Shown one piece after another: positions 46,712 to 56,586 of a DNA stretch of 64,000 nucleotides. The DNA is from Rebecca billardiae RCC1528. Its lineage: Eukaryota > Protista > Haptophyta. A program made the translations under genes and the position numbers. The stretch's first letter is position 1; each line of letters starts with the position of its first letter. The notes beneath the pieces are model-generated. The model did no database searches and was not told the DNA's origin. It worked only from the letters and a program-made list of their open reading frames with translations. The stretch lies in contig OZ260671.1 of NCBI GenBank assembly GCA_965240325.2, positions 1 to 64,000 on the forward strand, written 5' to 3'.

Positions 46712-46788
46712 ATTGAATAAACATATGGCGACGAACGAATTTCTGTTGATTTAAAATAGAAACTATGTTACCATATGTTTATATAAAA

Positions 46789-46872
46789 GGAGAGATGGCA
46801 GAGTGGTCGATTGCGTTTGATTTGAAATCAAATGATACCATGTATCCGTGGGTTCGAATCCCACTCTCTCCT
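46789..46872 (+). tRNA. trnS: tRNA-Ser(UGA)
   Basis: GGAGAGA/TCTCTCC acceptor, TTTGA-TTTGAAA-TCAAA, variable arm. Confidence 0.94.
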
Positions 46873-46957
46873 ATAGAGGAATTTCGTAGCTTGAGAAAGC
46901 TTGTAAAAAAGTTAAATATGTAGTATATTATAGAGCAATTAAGTAATACGAAGAAGC

Positions 46958-47191
46958 ATGGTAAAAATACGTTTAACAAGATGTGGGAAAAAGAAAAAGC
47001 CATCTTACCGAATTGTGGTAGTAGATAGCAGAACACGCCGCGATGGAAAGCCTATTGAAGAAGTAGGTTTCTATGACCCTATGCAAAATCAAGTTCACCT
47101 ACGTGCAGAAGCAATTAAAACACGCTTAGCTAATGGAGCAAAGGTTTCAAACACAGTGCGTACTATTTTAGTAAAAGCAAATATTATGTAA
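46958..47191 (+). CDS. rps16: 30S ribosomal protein S16
   Basis: MVKIRLTR.G.KKKPSYRIVV, RRDGK.IEEVGFYDP. Confidence 0.97.
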   Translation: MVKIRLTRCGKKKKPSYRIVVVDSRTRRDGKPIEEVGFYDPMQNQVHLRAEAIKTRLANGAKVSNTVRTILVKANIM

Positions 47192-47287
47192 AAAGAGTTA
47201 AAATTCGAAAAAAAAAAATCAAATTTTAATCTCTTTTTTTATGGTATTTACTAAAGTAAGAAACTATGGTATAGTTGAGAAAGTTAT

Positions 47288-47361
47288 CGGGATATAGCGC
47301 AGTTTGGTAGCGCGCCTGCCTTGGGAGCAGGATGCCACAGGTTCAAATCCTGTTATCCCGA
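47288..47361 (+). tRNA. trnP: tRNA-Pro(UGG)
   Basis: CGGGATA/TATCCCG acceptor, CCTGC-CTTGGGA-GCAGG. Confidence 0.95.
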
Positions 47362-47433
47362 CTAAAAAGAGAAAAAAAAAATCTAAAAACTAGACAAGAA
47401 AAGGGAAATTGTAGTATATTCTATTTTAAATAA

Positions 47434-47507
47434 GGCGAGTGTAGCCAAGTGGTTAAGGCACTGGGTTGTGATTCCAGCATTCGCGGGTTCGATTCCCGTC
47501 ATTCGCC
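47434..47507 (+). tRNA. trnH: tRNA-His(GUG), including G-1
   Basis: G-GCGAGTG/CATTCGC-C acceptor, CTGGG-TTGTGAT-TCCAG. Confidence 0.95.
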
Positions 47508-47539
47508 CTTTATAGTTAAGCTAATAAAAAAAAATTATA

Positions 47540-47576
47540 TGCTTTCGTTTTAAATGGTTTAATTAAAACGAAAGCA
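47540..47576. terminator. Inverted repeat between convergent trnH and psaJ
   Basis: TGCTTTCGTTTTAA...TTAAAACGAAAGCA 14-bp perfect stem. Confidence 0.75.
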
Positions 47577-47585
47577 ACCATTTTA

Positions 47586-47714
47586 TTACATTGGAACAAA
47601 GAGCGCATCAGGAAAAGCTCGGTTTGCTTCAATAAGTAAAGCTGCTGTAAAACTCATCAGAAGAGTTAATAACACAGGAGCAGTTGAAAGGTATGTAAGA
47701 AAATTTTTGTCCAT
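47586..47714 (-). CDS. psaJ: Photosystem I subunit IX
   Basis: Manual translation [42 protein letters not shown]. Confidence 0.96.
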   Translation of the reverse strand: MDKNFLTYLSTAPVLLTLLMSFTAALLIEANRAFPDALFVPM

Positions 47715-47759
47715 AATTTTATTGATTGTCAATTAAATTGAATGCTTAGACGGCTAATG

Positions 47760-48308
47760 TTATCGTGGAGAACATGTTATATCTGAGTTTGCAGCTAGGA
47801 GTTCACCACTTGTAAATTCTGACCAAGCTTGAGCAGGCCAAGTGAAACCAGAAAGCATAATCTTTGATGCTAATGGAACATCAATAATAATTTCTTTTTC
47901 AGTAGCTTTCGCATCTTTACGCGTGATCGATAAGTATGAACGACCAGCCCAACCAATCCAGCCAGTAGTATAAAGGAACATTAACCCTGGAATAACAAAC
48001 TCACCAGCGTGGTTCCAGTCACCATCAGTAATTAAATGTGGAAGACCGTCTGTACCACACATTAAGTTACCAGCACCGTAACGGCTAAATCTACTTTTAG
48101 TCTGTTCGATTTGCTTTTCAAGAGCTAAGGCCGAAAGCGAGCCTGGCTCATATTTTTTTAAGCGGTTATCAAGCTTCTTAAGGCTAGTTTTCTCACGCTT
48201 AGCAAAAGCAGGTGAATCTTTACAAAGAGTAAGTTCAGCAGCATCAACTTTTGATACACTAGTAAAGGCAAAAGTTAAAGCAACAAATAAAGATAATAAT
48301 TTTTTCAC
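47760..48308 (-). CDS. psaF: Photosystem I subunit III; probable GTG start at 48308
   Basis: Signal peptide then [36 protein letters not shown]; AAGGGA upstream of GTG. Confidence 0.95.
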   Translation of the reverse strand: MKKLLSLFVALTFAFTSVSKVDAAELTLCKDSPAFAKREKTSLKKLDNRLKKYEPGSLSALALEKQIEQTKSRFSRYGAGNLMCGTDGLPHLITDGDWNHAGEFVIPGLMFLYTTGWIGWAGRSYLSITRKDAKATEKEIIIDVPLASKIMLSGFTWPAQAWSEFTSGELLAANSDITCSPR

Positions 48309-48502
48309 AAAGATAGTTCCCTTTGGTAAAAACAAATGTACTAAAAAACGTTTTATTTTAAAATTAAATGAAAAACGTAATTTTTTGTATCAAAAATTTT
48401 ATGGTATTTAACACGTAGTATAACATAAAGGGTATACTTTTCTGCGCAAATAGGGTAAGCTGAGACAGTATGAATGATAAAAACTTATAAAATTTAGAGT
48501 AA

Positions 48503-48985
48503 GTGATGAAATATTTAAATCCTTTTAAAATATTTGATAGAATAATTTCTGTGGCCATATATGCTTTTCCGTTTTTAGAACTATACGGCTTTTTTAACCC
48601 TTTCTTACGTAGCGTAAACTTATCTTCAAACGTTCTTGAAGAAGCGGCTTTCTTTTTACGAGAAAATGGTTGGTTAAACTTTCTTCTATTTACAGTAATT
48701 ATAGTATTAACGCAATCAAGAAAGCTAAATTTGAGTTATTTTACTCGTTATAATATGCTGCAAGCATTAGTTATATTATTTATGAGTTCACTCATTGATA
48801 CATGTGGGTACCTATTCCCATTATTTATCCTTGCCGAGGGTTCTATAGGCTACCCGATATTTAACGGGTGCTGTTTTTCTTGTATGTTACTAATAATTTA
48901 TTGTGCTATTTATGCACTAAGAGGAAAAATTCCTTATATACCACTATTATCAGAATCGCTACGGTTACAACTTTGGAGAGAGTAG
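48503..48985 (+). CDS. ycf60: Ycf60 / Tic20-like protein
   Basis: RIISVAIYAFPFLE...FTRYNMLQAL...ALRGKIPYIPLLSE, a Tic20-family pattern. Confidence 0.8.
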   Translation: MMKYLNPFKIFDRIISVAIYAFPFLELYGFFNPFLRSVNLSSNVLEEAAFFLRENGWLNFLLFTVIIVLTQSRKLNLSYFTRYNMLQALVILFMSSLIDTCGYLFPLFILAEGSIGYPIFNGCCFSCMLLIIYCAIYALRGKIPYIPLLSESLRLQLWRE

Positions 48986-49033
48986 AAACTCTAAAAATTA
49001 TAAAACAGTTCTTAATAATTACGAATTATAAAT

Positions 49034-49330
49034 ATGGAACAACAGAAATATCGCACATATAAAACTTTTATCTTTTTTCAACCAGACCTAGATAAAAGCG
49101 CAGTATTAGAAAATTTAAAAAAATATTACAAACTATTAGCAAATAATAGTGATTCGAAATTTTGTTTTCAAAACCTAGGTACAAAACTTTTATCTTACCC
49201 GGTAAAAGGGTTTTCAAGTGCAACTTATGTACAAATGACATACCAAGGTAATGGGCCACTTGTGAAAGATATTAATAGACAACTTTCACTGAGTGAAAAC
49301 GTAATTCGACACATTACGATAAAAAAATAA
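49034..49330 (+). CDS. rps6: 30S ribosomal protein S6
   Basis: Y.TFIFFQPDL, LG.KLLSYPVK, YVQMTY, ENVIRH. Confidence 0.88.
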   Translation: MEQQKYRTYKTFIFFQPDLDKSAVLENLKKYYKLLANNSDSKFCFQNLGTKLLSYPVKGFSSATYVQMTYQGNGPLVKDINRQLSLSENVIRHITIKK

Positions 49331-49340
49331 ACTCTAAACA

Positions 49341-49484
49341 ATGAAAGTAGTAAATTCAATAGGTTCTTTAAAAAACCGTAGTAAAGATTGTCAAGTAGTA
49401 AGACGACGTGGAAAAATTTATCTTATTTGCAAATCAAACCCTAGGTTTAAAGCACGACAAGGGCGCAAAGTGAAGAAGGGATAA
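49341..49484 (+). CDS. rpl36: 50S ribosomal protein L36, bacterial Zn-free (C-/c-type) form
   Basis: Manual translation [47 protein letters not shown], directly upstream of rps13. Confidence 0.96.
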   Translation: MKVVNSIGSLKNRSKDCQVVRRRGKIYLICKSNPRFKARQGRKVKKG

Positions 49485-49522
49485 AAAATCCTATTAAAAA
49501 AATATAAAAAAGAAGACAAAAC

Positions 49523-49873
49523 ATGATACGTATTGCTGGTGTAGACTTATCAAACGAAAAGCAAGTAGGTATTGCTTTAACAAATATATATGGTGTTGGT
49601 CGATGGAGAGCATTAAATATTTTAAACCAATACAATATCGACCCATCTAAAAAATGTAAAGATTTGACTGACGAAGAAACGAGTTCATTGCGTGATAATA
49701 TCGATAAAATATATCAAATTGAAGGAGACTTAAGACGTATAAAAATTATGAATATTAAACGTCTAGTTGACATACAATCATATCGAGGAAAAAGACACAG
49801 ATCAGGTCTTCCACTACGTGGGCAAAGGACTAGAACAAACTCGAGAAACGCACGGGTTCGAAAAGGTGCATAG
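49523..49873 (+). CDS. rps13: 30S ribosomal protein S13
   Basis: [30 protein letters not shown]. Confidence 0.97.
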   Translation: MIRIAGVDLSNEKQVGIALTNIYGVGRWRALNILNQYNIDPSKKCKDLTDEETSSLRDNIDKIYQIEGDLRRIKIMNIKRLVDIQSYRGKRHRSGLPLRGQRTRTNSRNARVRKGA

Positions 49874-49929
49874 TAATTAATTTACACGTGCATAAAAAAT
49901 TAAGCAAAAAGTCTTAGCAACATAATTAT

Positions 49930-50322
49930 ATGATTAAGCAGATTACAAAATCTAATAAAAAAGCAACTAAAACAAGTGCTTTAGTGGGTGTAGCACATAT
50001 AAAGTCTACATTTAATAATACTATTGTCACAATAACAAATCTAACTGGTGAAACAGTTTCTTGGTCTTCAGCAGGTGCCTGTGGTTTCAAGGGTGCAAAA
50101 AAAGGCACGCCTTTTGCAGCACAAGTTGCGGCTGAAAAAGCATGTAAGACCGCGTTAGAGTTAGGAATGAAAAAAGCAGCCGTTTTGGTGAACGGACCAG
50201 GCTCAGGCCGCGAAACAGCAATAAGAGCGTTACAAGCTACAGGTTTACAAATTACATTAATTCGTGATATTACGCCTGTACCGCATAATGGTTGTCGACC
50301 ACCTAAAAAGCGAAGAGTATAA
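49930..50322 (+). CDS. rps11: 30S ribosomal protein S11
   Basis: [34 protein letters not shown]. Confidence 0.98.
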   Translation: MIKQITKSNKKATKTSALVGVAHIKSTFNNTIVTITNLTGETVSWSSAGACGFKGAKKGTPFAAQVAAEKACKTALELGMKKAAVLVNGPGSGRETAIRALQATGLQITLIRDITPVPHNGCRPPKKRRV

Positions 50323-50357
50323 GGATTTAAATAAGGAAAGGGGATAAATTTATCACT

Positions 50358-51341
50358 ATGATAAAATCTCAGATAGACTCAACGAGCAGCCTGGCCAAAC
50401 TTCATATTGAGTCATTAGAATCTCGATGTGATGGACCCCGATCACTATACGAAAAATTCACGATATACCCATTAGAAAAAAACCAAGGTATTACCATAGG
50501 TAATGCTCTACGACGAGTTTTGCTTTCAGATATTGAAGGAGTAGCATTTACAGCTGTACGTTTTAATAATGTAGATCACGCTTTTGCAACAATAGCTGGA
50601 GTAAGAGAAGATGTTTTAGATATACTATTAAATGTAAAACAAATAGTACTGAAAAGCACCGACGAACTCATAGACAATAAAAGCTTAATAGGTAGATTAA
50701 GTGTCCAAGGCCCAGAAATTATTACATCAAACTTAATAGAATTACCCCCCGGAATCGAAATTGTAGACAAGGAGCAATATATAGCGACTGTATGTGACAA
50801 CGAGAATTTTGAGATGGAGTTTGTAATACAAAAAAACAAAGGGTATAAGTTATCGGACGAAATTGAATTGGAAAAAAGTTTCGATGATTTTATAAGCATT
50901 GACGCTAGATTTACCCCAATAGTAAAGGTAAATTTCGAAATTGAAAAAATACTTATAGAAAAAGGTGAAACTAAAGAAAAAATCAATTTTGACGTATATA
51001 CAAACGGAAGTATCCATCCAGAAGAAGGTTTAAAACGAAGCACTGGACTTTTAACAACAGTATTTGAATCATTAACGACAAAACCAGTCTCAAAAAATGA
51101 AGCAACTGCTGAAGAAGAAGAAAAAGAAGTAGTTGCTGAAATTTTAATTGAAGAGATACCTATTTCTGTCCGAGCATACAATTGCTTAAAAAGAGCACAA
51201 ATCAATACAATAAATGATTTAATTAATTATTCTAGGGAAGAACTTCTTGAAATAAAAAATTTCGGACGAAAGTCTGTAGATGAGGTTATTTTGGCCCTGG
51301 AAAAACGCTTTAATATAAAAATAAGTGACGAAAAAGAATAG
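50358..51341 (+). CDS. rpoA: RNA polymerase alpha
   Basis: GITIGNALRRVLL, GVREDV, SVRAYNCLKR, IKNFGRKS. Confidence 0.97.
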   Translation: MIKSQIDSTSSLAKLHIESLESRCDGPRSLYEKFTIYPLEKNQGITIGNALRRVLLSDIEGVAFTAVRFNNVDHAFATIAGVREDVLDILLNVKQIVLKSTDELIDNKSLIGRLSVQGPEIITSNLIELPPGIEIVDKEQYIATVCDNENFEMEFVIQKNKGYKLSDEIELEKSFDDFISIDARFTPIVKVNFEIEKILIEKGETKEKINFDVYTNGSIHPEEGLKRSTGLLTTVFESLTTKPVSKNEATAEEEEKEVVAEILIEEIPISVRAYNCLKRAQINTINDLINYSREELLEIKNFGRKSVDEVILALEKRFNIKISDEKE

Positions 51342-51363
51342 ATATTTATTATAAAAATTACAC

Positions 51364-51759
51364 ATGAGTACTTTTTTATCTGTAGGGCGAAGAAAAAGTT
51401 CTATAGCACAAATACGCCTAGTAAATAATGGGTCAGGAAAGATATCAGTAAACGGGAAAGTTATTGAAGAATATTTTCAATACATTCCAAACTACTTGGA
51501 TGCAGCATTACAACCACTAAAGCTTATTGGTGGGGAAACTAGTTACGATATTGTAATTAAAACAAAAGGTGGAGGCCTTGCTGGTCAATCACAAGCAATT
51601 AAGTTAGGTATAGCCCGAGCTTTATGTACCGTGATACCAGAGAACCAACAATTACTACTTCGATCGTTAAATCTATTAACGCGTGATCCTAGGGTAAAAG
51701 AGAGAAGAAAGTATGGTTTAAAAAAGGCACGTAAGGCACCTCAGTTCTCAAAGCGTTAA
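51364..51759 (+). CDS. rps9: 30S ribosomal protein S9
   Basis: GRRKSS, GGGLAGQ, ERRKYGLKKARKAPQFSKR. Confidence 0.97.
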   Translation: MSTFLSVGRRKSSIAQIRLVNNGSGKISVNGKVIEEYFQYIPNYLDAALQPLKLIGGETSYDIVIKTKGGGLAGQSQAIKLGIARALCTVIPENQQLLLRSLNLLTRDPRVKERRKYGLKKARKAPQFSKR

Positions 51760-51808
51760 TTTTTTATACAATATACAAAGCCATTTTTATTTAACAAGAA
51801 CACCTAAA

Positions 51809-52024
51809 ATGAAAAAAGATTTACACCCTACTTGGTACCCTGATGCAAAGGTATATTGTAACGGTGAAATGATAATAGAGATAGGGTCGACAAAGCCTGA
51901 ATTAAATGTCGATGTTTGGTCAGGCAACCACCCTTTTTACACCGGTTCTCAAAAGATTATTGACACAGAAGGTCGAGTAGAAAAATTTAACCGTAAATAT
52001 AACTTAAAAAGTACAGACGAATAA
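51809..52024 (+). CDS. rpl31: 50S ribosomal protein L31
   Basis: HPTWY, DVWSGNHPFYTG, EGRVEKF. Confidence 0.96.
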   Translation: MKKDLHPTWYPDAKVYCNGEMIIEIGSTKPELNVDVWSGNHPFYTGSQKIIDTEGRVEKFNRKYNLKSTDE

Positions 52025-52040
52025 ATAAAAGGAATTTTAT

Positions 52041-52415
52041 ATGCCAACAATTCAACAATTGGTAAGAGAAGAACGCCTACTTCAAAAGAAAAAAACAAAA
52101 TCACCTGCATTAAAAGACTGCCCACAAAGACGTGGTGTTTGCACGCGTGTATATACGACGACCCCGAAAAAACCAAACTCAGCGTTGCGTAAAGTAGCCC
52201 GTGTACGTTTAACTTCAGGGTTTGAAGTAACAGCATACATTCCAGGAATAGGACACAATATTCAAGAGCACTCCGTAGTGCTTGTCCGTGGAGGGCGTGT
52301 AAAAGATTTACCTGGTGTAAGATACCACATTGTTCGTGGTTCTTTAGATGTTGGTGGAGTAAAAGATAGAATGCAAAGCCGTTCTAAATTTGGTGCTAAG
52401 AAACCAAAAGATTAA
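52041..52415 (+). CDS. rps12: 30S ribosomal protein S12
   Basis: [25 protein letters not shown]. Confidence 0.99.
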   Translation: MPTIQQLVREERLLQKKKTKSPALKDCPQRRGVCTRVYTTTPKKPNSALRKVARVRLTSGFEVTAYIPGIGHNIQEHSVVLVRGGRVKDLPGVRYHIVRGSLDVGGVKDRMQSRSKFGAKKPKD

Positions 52416-52442
52416 TTTATTTTTAATTTGTAAAACTAAAAT

Positions 52443-52913
52443 ATGTCACGACGTTCAAAGTCAACTAAGAGACTAGTTCCTATTGATCCGATATACAATA
52501 GCAGACTAGTAACTATGTTAATCGTTCGAGTTTTAAAAGAAGGGAAAAAATCACTGGCGCAGCGTATTGTTTATAAGGCACTGGAGCATATCGCAACAGC
52601 TACAAATGCAAACCCTCTATTAGTTCTTGAGAAAGCTGTGAGAAATGTAGCACCAGTAGTAGAAGTAAAAGCACGCCGTGTTGGTGGATCGACTTATCAG
52701 GTACCTGTCGAAATAAACCTATTGAGAGGTATAAACTTAGCAGTAAGTTGGATTATTAAAAGTGCTCGTGAGCGATCAGGTAAAGATATGATAAGAAAAT
52801 TAGCAAACGAGTTAATTGATGCATCAAACCAAGCAGGAAACGCTGTTAAGAAGCGTGAACAAACACATCGTATGGCTGAAGCAAATAAGGCTTTCTCACA
52901 CTACAAATACTAA
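52443..52913 (+). CDS. rps7: 30S ribosomal protein S7
   Basis: [21 protein letters not shown]. Confidence 0.98.
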   Translation: MSRRSKSTKRLVPIDPIYNSRLVTMLIVRVLKEGKKSLAQRIVYKALEHIATATNANPLLVLEKAVRNVAPVVEVKARRVGGSTYQVPVEINLLRGINLAVSWIIKSARERSGKDMIRKLANELIDASNQAGNAVKKREQTHRMAEANKAFSHYKY

Positions 52914-52983
52914 ACTTAAAAAATTATCAAACCGCTAAAAGTAAAAAAAACAAAACATAAAAAATAAGGAAGGGAAAAAAAAA

Positions 52984-54213
52984 ATGGCACGTGAAAAATT
53001 TGAGCGTACGAAACCACACGTAAACATTGGTACTATTGGTCACGTAGACCATGGTAAGACTACATTAACAGCAGCAATTTCAGCAACTTTAGCAATTAAC
53101 TCAAGTAAAGAGGCTAAACGTTTTGATGAAATTGACTCAGCACCAGAAGAGCGTGCTCGCGGAATTACAATTAACACATCTCACATTGAGTACGAAACAG
53201 AAACTCGTCACTATGCCCACGTGGACTGTCCAGGACACGCGGATTACGTAAAAAATATGATTACAGGTGCTGCACAAATGGATGGAGCAATTCTTGTAAT
53301 CTCAGCGGCGGATGGTCCAATGCCACAAACCCGTGAGCACATCCTACTAGCAAAACAAGTTGGTGTACCAAACCTAGTAGTTTTCTTAAATAAAGCAGAC
53401 CAAGTAGATGACGAAGAACTACTAGAACTAGTAGAACTAGAAGCACGTGAACTACTTTCAAACTATGATTTCCCTGGTGATGATCTACCATTTGTCTCTG
53501 GATCAGCTTTCTTAGCTTTAGAAGCGTTAAAAGAAAGTGGACCTATTGAGCGTGGTAAAAACGAGTGGGTAGACAAGATCTTCGCCCTTATGGATGCTGT
53601 AGATGACTACATCCCTGAGCCAGAGCGTGACGTAGATAAAACATTCTTAATGGCAGTAGAGGACGTGTTCTCGATTACAGGGCGTGGTACTGTAGCAACA
53701 GGTCGTATTGAAAGGGGTATTGTTAAAGTAGGAGATACAATCGAAATTGTAGGAATTACAGATACAACTAGTACAACAGTTACGGGCGTTGAAATGTTCC
53801 AAAAAACTCTAGAAGAAGGAATGGCTGGAGATAACGTAGGTATTCTACTGCGTGGTGTACAAAAAGACCAAATCCAACGTGGTATGGTACTTTCAAAGCC
53901 AGGTTCAATCACACCTCACACGAAGTTTGAAGCTGAAGTTTATGTACTTAAAAAAGAAGAAGGCGGACGTCACACACCATTCTTCTCGGGCTACCGACCT
54001 CAATTCTATGTTCGTACTACAGACGTTACAGGAACAATTGAAAAGTTCGAAGGCGATGATGGAAGCGAAGCAGAAATGGTAATGCCAGGTGACCGTATTA
54101 AAATGATTGCTCAGCTAATCAACCCAATCGCTATTGAGCAAGGAATGCGATTCGCTATCCGTGAAGGAGGTCGTACTGTAGGTGCAGGTGTTGTAGCAAA
54201 AATTATTGAATAA
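52984..54213 (+). CDS. tufA: Elongation factor Tu
   Basis: [20 protein letters not shown]. Confidence 0.99.
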   Translation: MAREKFERTKPHVNIGTIGHVDHGKTTLTAAISATLAINSSKEAKRFDEIDSAPEERARGITINTSHIEYETETRHYAHVDCPGHADYVKNMITGAAQMDGAILVISAADGPMPQTREHILLAKQVGVPNLVVFLNKADQVDDEELLELVELEARELLSNYDFPGDDLPFVSGSAFLALEALKESGPIERGKNEWVDKIFALMDAVDDYIPEPERDVDKTFLMAVEDVFSITGRGTVATGRIERGIVKVGDTIEIVGITDTTSTTVTGVEMFQKTLEEGMAGDNVGILLRGVQKDQIQRGMVLSKPGSITPHTKFEAEVYVLKKEEGGRHTPFFSGYRPQFYVRTTDVTGTIEKFEGDDGSEAEMVMPGDRIKMIAQLINPIAIEQGMRFAIREGGRTVGAGVVAKIIE

Positions 54214-54218
54214 AAAAA

Positions 54219-54521
54219 ATGAAAATACGTTTACAAATAAAAGCATACGATTACAAATTGCTAACACAAGTATGTGAAAAGATTTGTTCAATTGTTCAAT
54301 TAACAAATGCGACATTAAAGGGCCCAGTACCTTTACCAACGAGAAGAAGAATATATTGTGTTTTACGTTCTCCTCACGTGAATAAAGATGCAAGGGAGCA
54401 TTTCGAGATACGTACTTATAAGCGTCTAATCGATATCCAGAATTCATCTTTACAGACAATTGATAGTTTAAAACAACTGAACTTACCGGCAGGTATAGAC
54501 TTATGTGTAAACTTTATTTAG
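54219..54521 (+). CDS. rps10: 30S ribosomal protein S10
   Basis: GPVPLPT, VLRSPHVNKDAREHFE. Confidence 0.97.
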   Translation: MKIRLQIKAYDYKLLTQVCEKICSIVQLTNATLKGPVPLPTRRRIYCVLRSPHVNKDAREHFEIRTYKRLIDIQNSSLQTIDSLKQLNLPAGIDLCVNFI

Positions 54522-54542
54522 AAAAATTAATAGAGTCTAAAA

Positions 54543-54893
54543 ATGAGTAAAGAGATAAAGCTGGTTGAAGATAAATACTTAACCAAAAACAGTAAACTAA
54601 AATGTCCGGAGATAGGAGATATTCTTCGAGTATCTGTACAAATACGTGAAGGGCAAAAAGAACGTATCCAAAAAGTACAAGGGGTAGTAATTGCAACAAA
54701 TAACGGAGGAATCCGAAAAACTTTTACACTCCGTAGCTTTCTACAAACAGGTGGGATAGAGCGTATTTATGCTCTAAATTCACCTAGTTTAAAAGAGATT
54801 GAAACTATAAAACAATCAAAGGTAAGACGTTCAAAATTATACTATCTTCGTGATAGATCAGGTAAATCAACGCGATTACCGAGCCGTATTTAA
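54543..54893 (+). CDS. rpl19: 50S ribosomal protein L19
   Basis: EGQKERIQ, GIER, KVRRSKLYYLR. Confidence 0.95.
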   Translation: MSKEIKLVEDKYLTKNSKLKCPEIGDILRVSVQIREGQKERIQKVQGVVIATNNGGIRKTFTLRSFLQTGGIERIYALNSPSLKEIETIKQSKVRRSKLYYLRDRSGKSTRLPSRI

Positions 54894-54903
54894 AACACGG
54901 ACG

Positions 54904-54932
54904 AATGAATGGGATATTCTATCCCATTCATT
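54904..54932 (+). terminator. Stem-loop ending the ribosomal cluster
   Basis: AATGAATGGGATA-ttc-TATCCCATTCATT followed by a T run. Confidence 0.8.
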
Positions 54933-54964
54933 TTTTAGAAATAATATGCTATTATCATTGATAT

Positions 54965-55049
54965 GCATCTGTAGCTAAGTGGCCGAAGGCATCGGACTCA
55001 TAATCCGCTTCTCAACGAGACATCGCTGGTTCAAATCCAGCCGGATGCA
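54965..55049 (+). tRNA. trnI: tRNA with CAU anticodon, probably tRNA-Ile2 (lysidine type), with long variable arm
   Basis: GCATCTG/CGGATGC acceptor like plastid trnI-CAU, CGGA-CTCATAA-TCCG, extra arm TCTC-aac-GAGA; elongator and initiator Met tRNAs are found elsewhere in the window. Confidence 0.8.
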
Positions 55050-55075
55050 GTTTTAGGAGAATGAATGTTTAGCAT

Positions 55076-55273
55076 TTATTCTCCTTGATTAAAACTCTCT
55101 TCAAAAATATCATTCACAGATTGAACAATAATATTTTCTTTTGAAGAAGTAGATGAAAGATCTTCAATGCTTTTTTTACGTTTCGCTAAAAAAGCTATTT
55201 GTAACGTAACAACATATCGATTTTCCGATTGATCAAGTAGATATTCTACTTTTTCAAGTAAAGGATTAGACAT
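55076..55273 (-). CDS. rpoZ: RNA polymerase omega subunit (ycf61)
   Basis: EYLLDQSENRYVVTLQIAFLAKR matches the cyanobacterial/red omega motif (NRY.ITVQVA.RAKR). Confidence 0.8.
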   Translation of the reverse strand: MSNPLLEKVEYLLDQSENRYVVTLQIAFLAKRKKSIEDLSSTSSKENIIVQSVNDIFEESFNQGE

Positions 55274-55290
55274 AAGAAGTTACCGCGGCA

Positions 55291-55854
55291 CTACATACCG
55301 TCTAAATAAACATTCAAAAATTTAGCAAGGTTTGCAGCTCTTTCTTCAATTTCTTTAATTGTAGGGTTTGGAGCTAATTCAGTTAATGGAATTTCACGTT
55401 TGTCCTTTAAACAAAGAAAGATTGAAGGTATTGAATTAAAAGATTCTGTAGATTTCAATCTAATAGATTCAACCTCAGTAATTGGATAGACAAGTTTTAT
55501 CTCTCTATTACGACCAATAAAACCTTTACGAAAAATTGTGATAGTACCTTTTTGCCTATCATACGAATTTGACCCGCTGCCAACGTCTAAAAAGATAGTA
55601 AGCCAGATGAATAGACTAACTGTTATACCTAACGTACCATAAAAGAGTAGTGTAATACCCTGTGGCAGAAAAAATAGCCCAGTTAAGTCAGAGAAAGGGA
55701 TGAAGTTGATTTTAAAATAGCTTGACAAACCTGCTAAAAAAAATGCGAGCCCTCCGCTAAGTAAAACTGTAGCAAAGAGAAAATTACTAATACGGCGCGA
55801 GCCTAGTATGTATTCATACTTTACAGCATCTTCAGCATTTAAACTGTCAGACAT
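55291..55854 (-). CDS. ycf4: PSI assembly protein Ycf4
   Basis: GSRRISNF, GLSSY, FLPQG, IFRKGF, REIPLT, IEERAANLAKFL. Confidence 0.96.
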   Translation of the reverse strand: MSDSLNAEDAVKYEYILGSRRISNFLFATVLLSGGLAFFLAGLSSYFKINFIPFSDLTGLFFLPQGITLLFYGTLGITVSLFIWLTIFLDVGSGSNSYDRQKGTITIFRKGFIGRNREIKLVYPITEVESIRLKSTESFNSIPSIFLCLKDKREIPLTELAPNPTIKEIEERAANLAKFLNVYLDGM

Positions 55855-55899
55855 TTATAAATTTCTAATTTAATATAATTTAACTAAGTAATAAACTTA

Positions 55900-55995
55900 T
55901 TAGATAAGTTTAATACTTCTAAGGGCATAGTAAATACCTGTAACGATGATAGCAAGACCTGTTAATAAGAAAAGATATGTAATAAAAGTACTCAT
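55900..55995 (-). CDS. petL: Cytochrome b6f subunit VI
   Basis: Manual translation MSTFITYLFLLTGLAIIVTGIYYALRSIKLI; petL-ycf4 synteny. Confidence 0.88.
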   Translation of the reverse strand: MSTFITYLFLLTGLAIIVTGIYYALRSIKLI

Positions 55996-56082
55996 AGTTA
56001 AATTCTTTAAGTTTATAATAGACTGAGACCTATATTCAGTGTAAGGCCTCAGTATTTAAAAATCGGGCTGGTGGGCTCTATA

Positions 56083-56175
56083 TTACGAATAGAGAGCTCG
56101 TCCGAGGCGTATCGCTAGGATCATCCCAACTAATGCGATACCTAAAGCGATAAAAATTTGGCTTTCTGTAATCAT
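56083..56175 (-). CDS. psaM: Photosystem I subunit XII
   Basis: Manual translation MITESQIFIALGIALVGMILAIRLGRALYS. Confidence 0.93.
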   Translation of the reverse strand: MITESQIFIALGIALVGMILAIRLGRALYS

Positions 56176-56253
56176 ACCTTCCTCTAAATCAAGTATTTAA
56201 AAATAAGAAGATTTTCTCTTTATTATAAGTTTAGTGCTACGTGTAAAGGTTGT

Positions 56254-56394
56254 TTATCTAAACCCAACTGCAGCTTGCCATACGAACGCTAATGCAAGAA
56301 ATAGAACAGGGATTACCGGTAAAACGTCAACAATAGGCTTAAATACAGCATAAGCTTCAGGTAATCGAGCAATTAATAATAAACTATTTTCCAT
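56254..56394 (-). CDS. psbK: Photosystem II protein K
   Basis: Manual translation ...[38 protein letters not shown]. Confidence 0.97.
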   Translation of the reverse strand: MENSLLLIARLPEAYAVFKPIVDVLPVIPVLFLALAFVWQAAVGFR

Positions 56395-56586
56395 AATTGA
56401 TTGTTAATCCTTTATACAACAAACTGTATTTAAGTATATAACAAAAATAGTGATATTTACTAAATCGTTTGGTAATAATTTATGTTTCAATTGATCTATT
56501 GTGTTTAATTATTTAATTTTAAAATATGCTATAATTCGTTATAACAATCCATAGAATATAATTTTGAACATATTAAGCCTTTAAAT

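Noticed and set aside
48309-48335. TTG-initiated extension of psaF
   Set aside because: GTG at 48308 follows an AAGGGA RBS-like motif and starts a typical KK-hydrophobic signal peptide.
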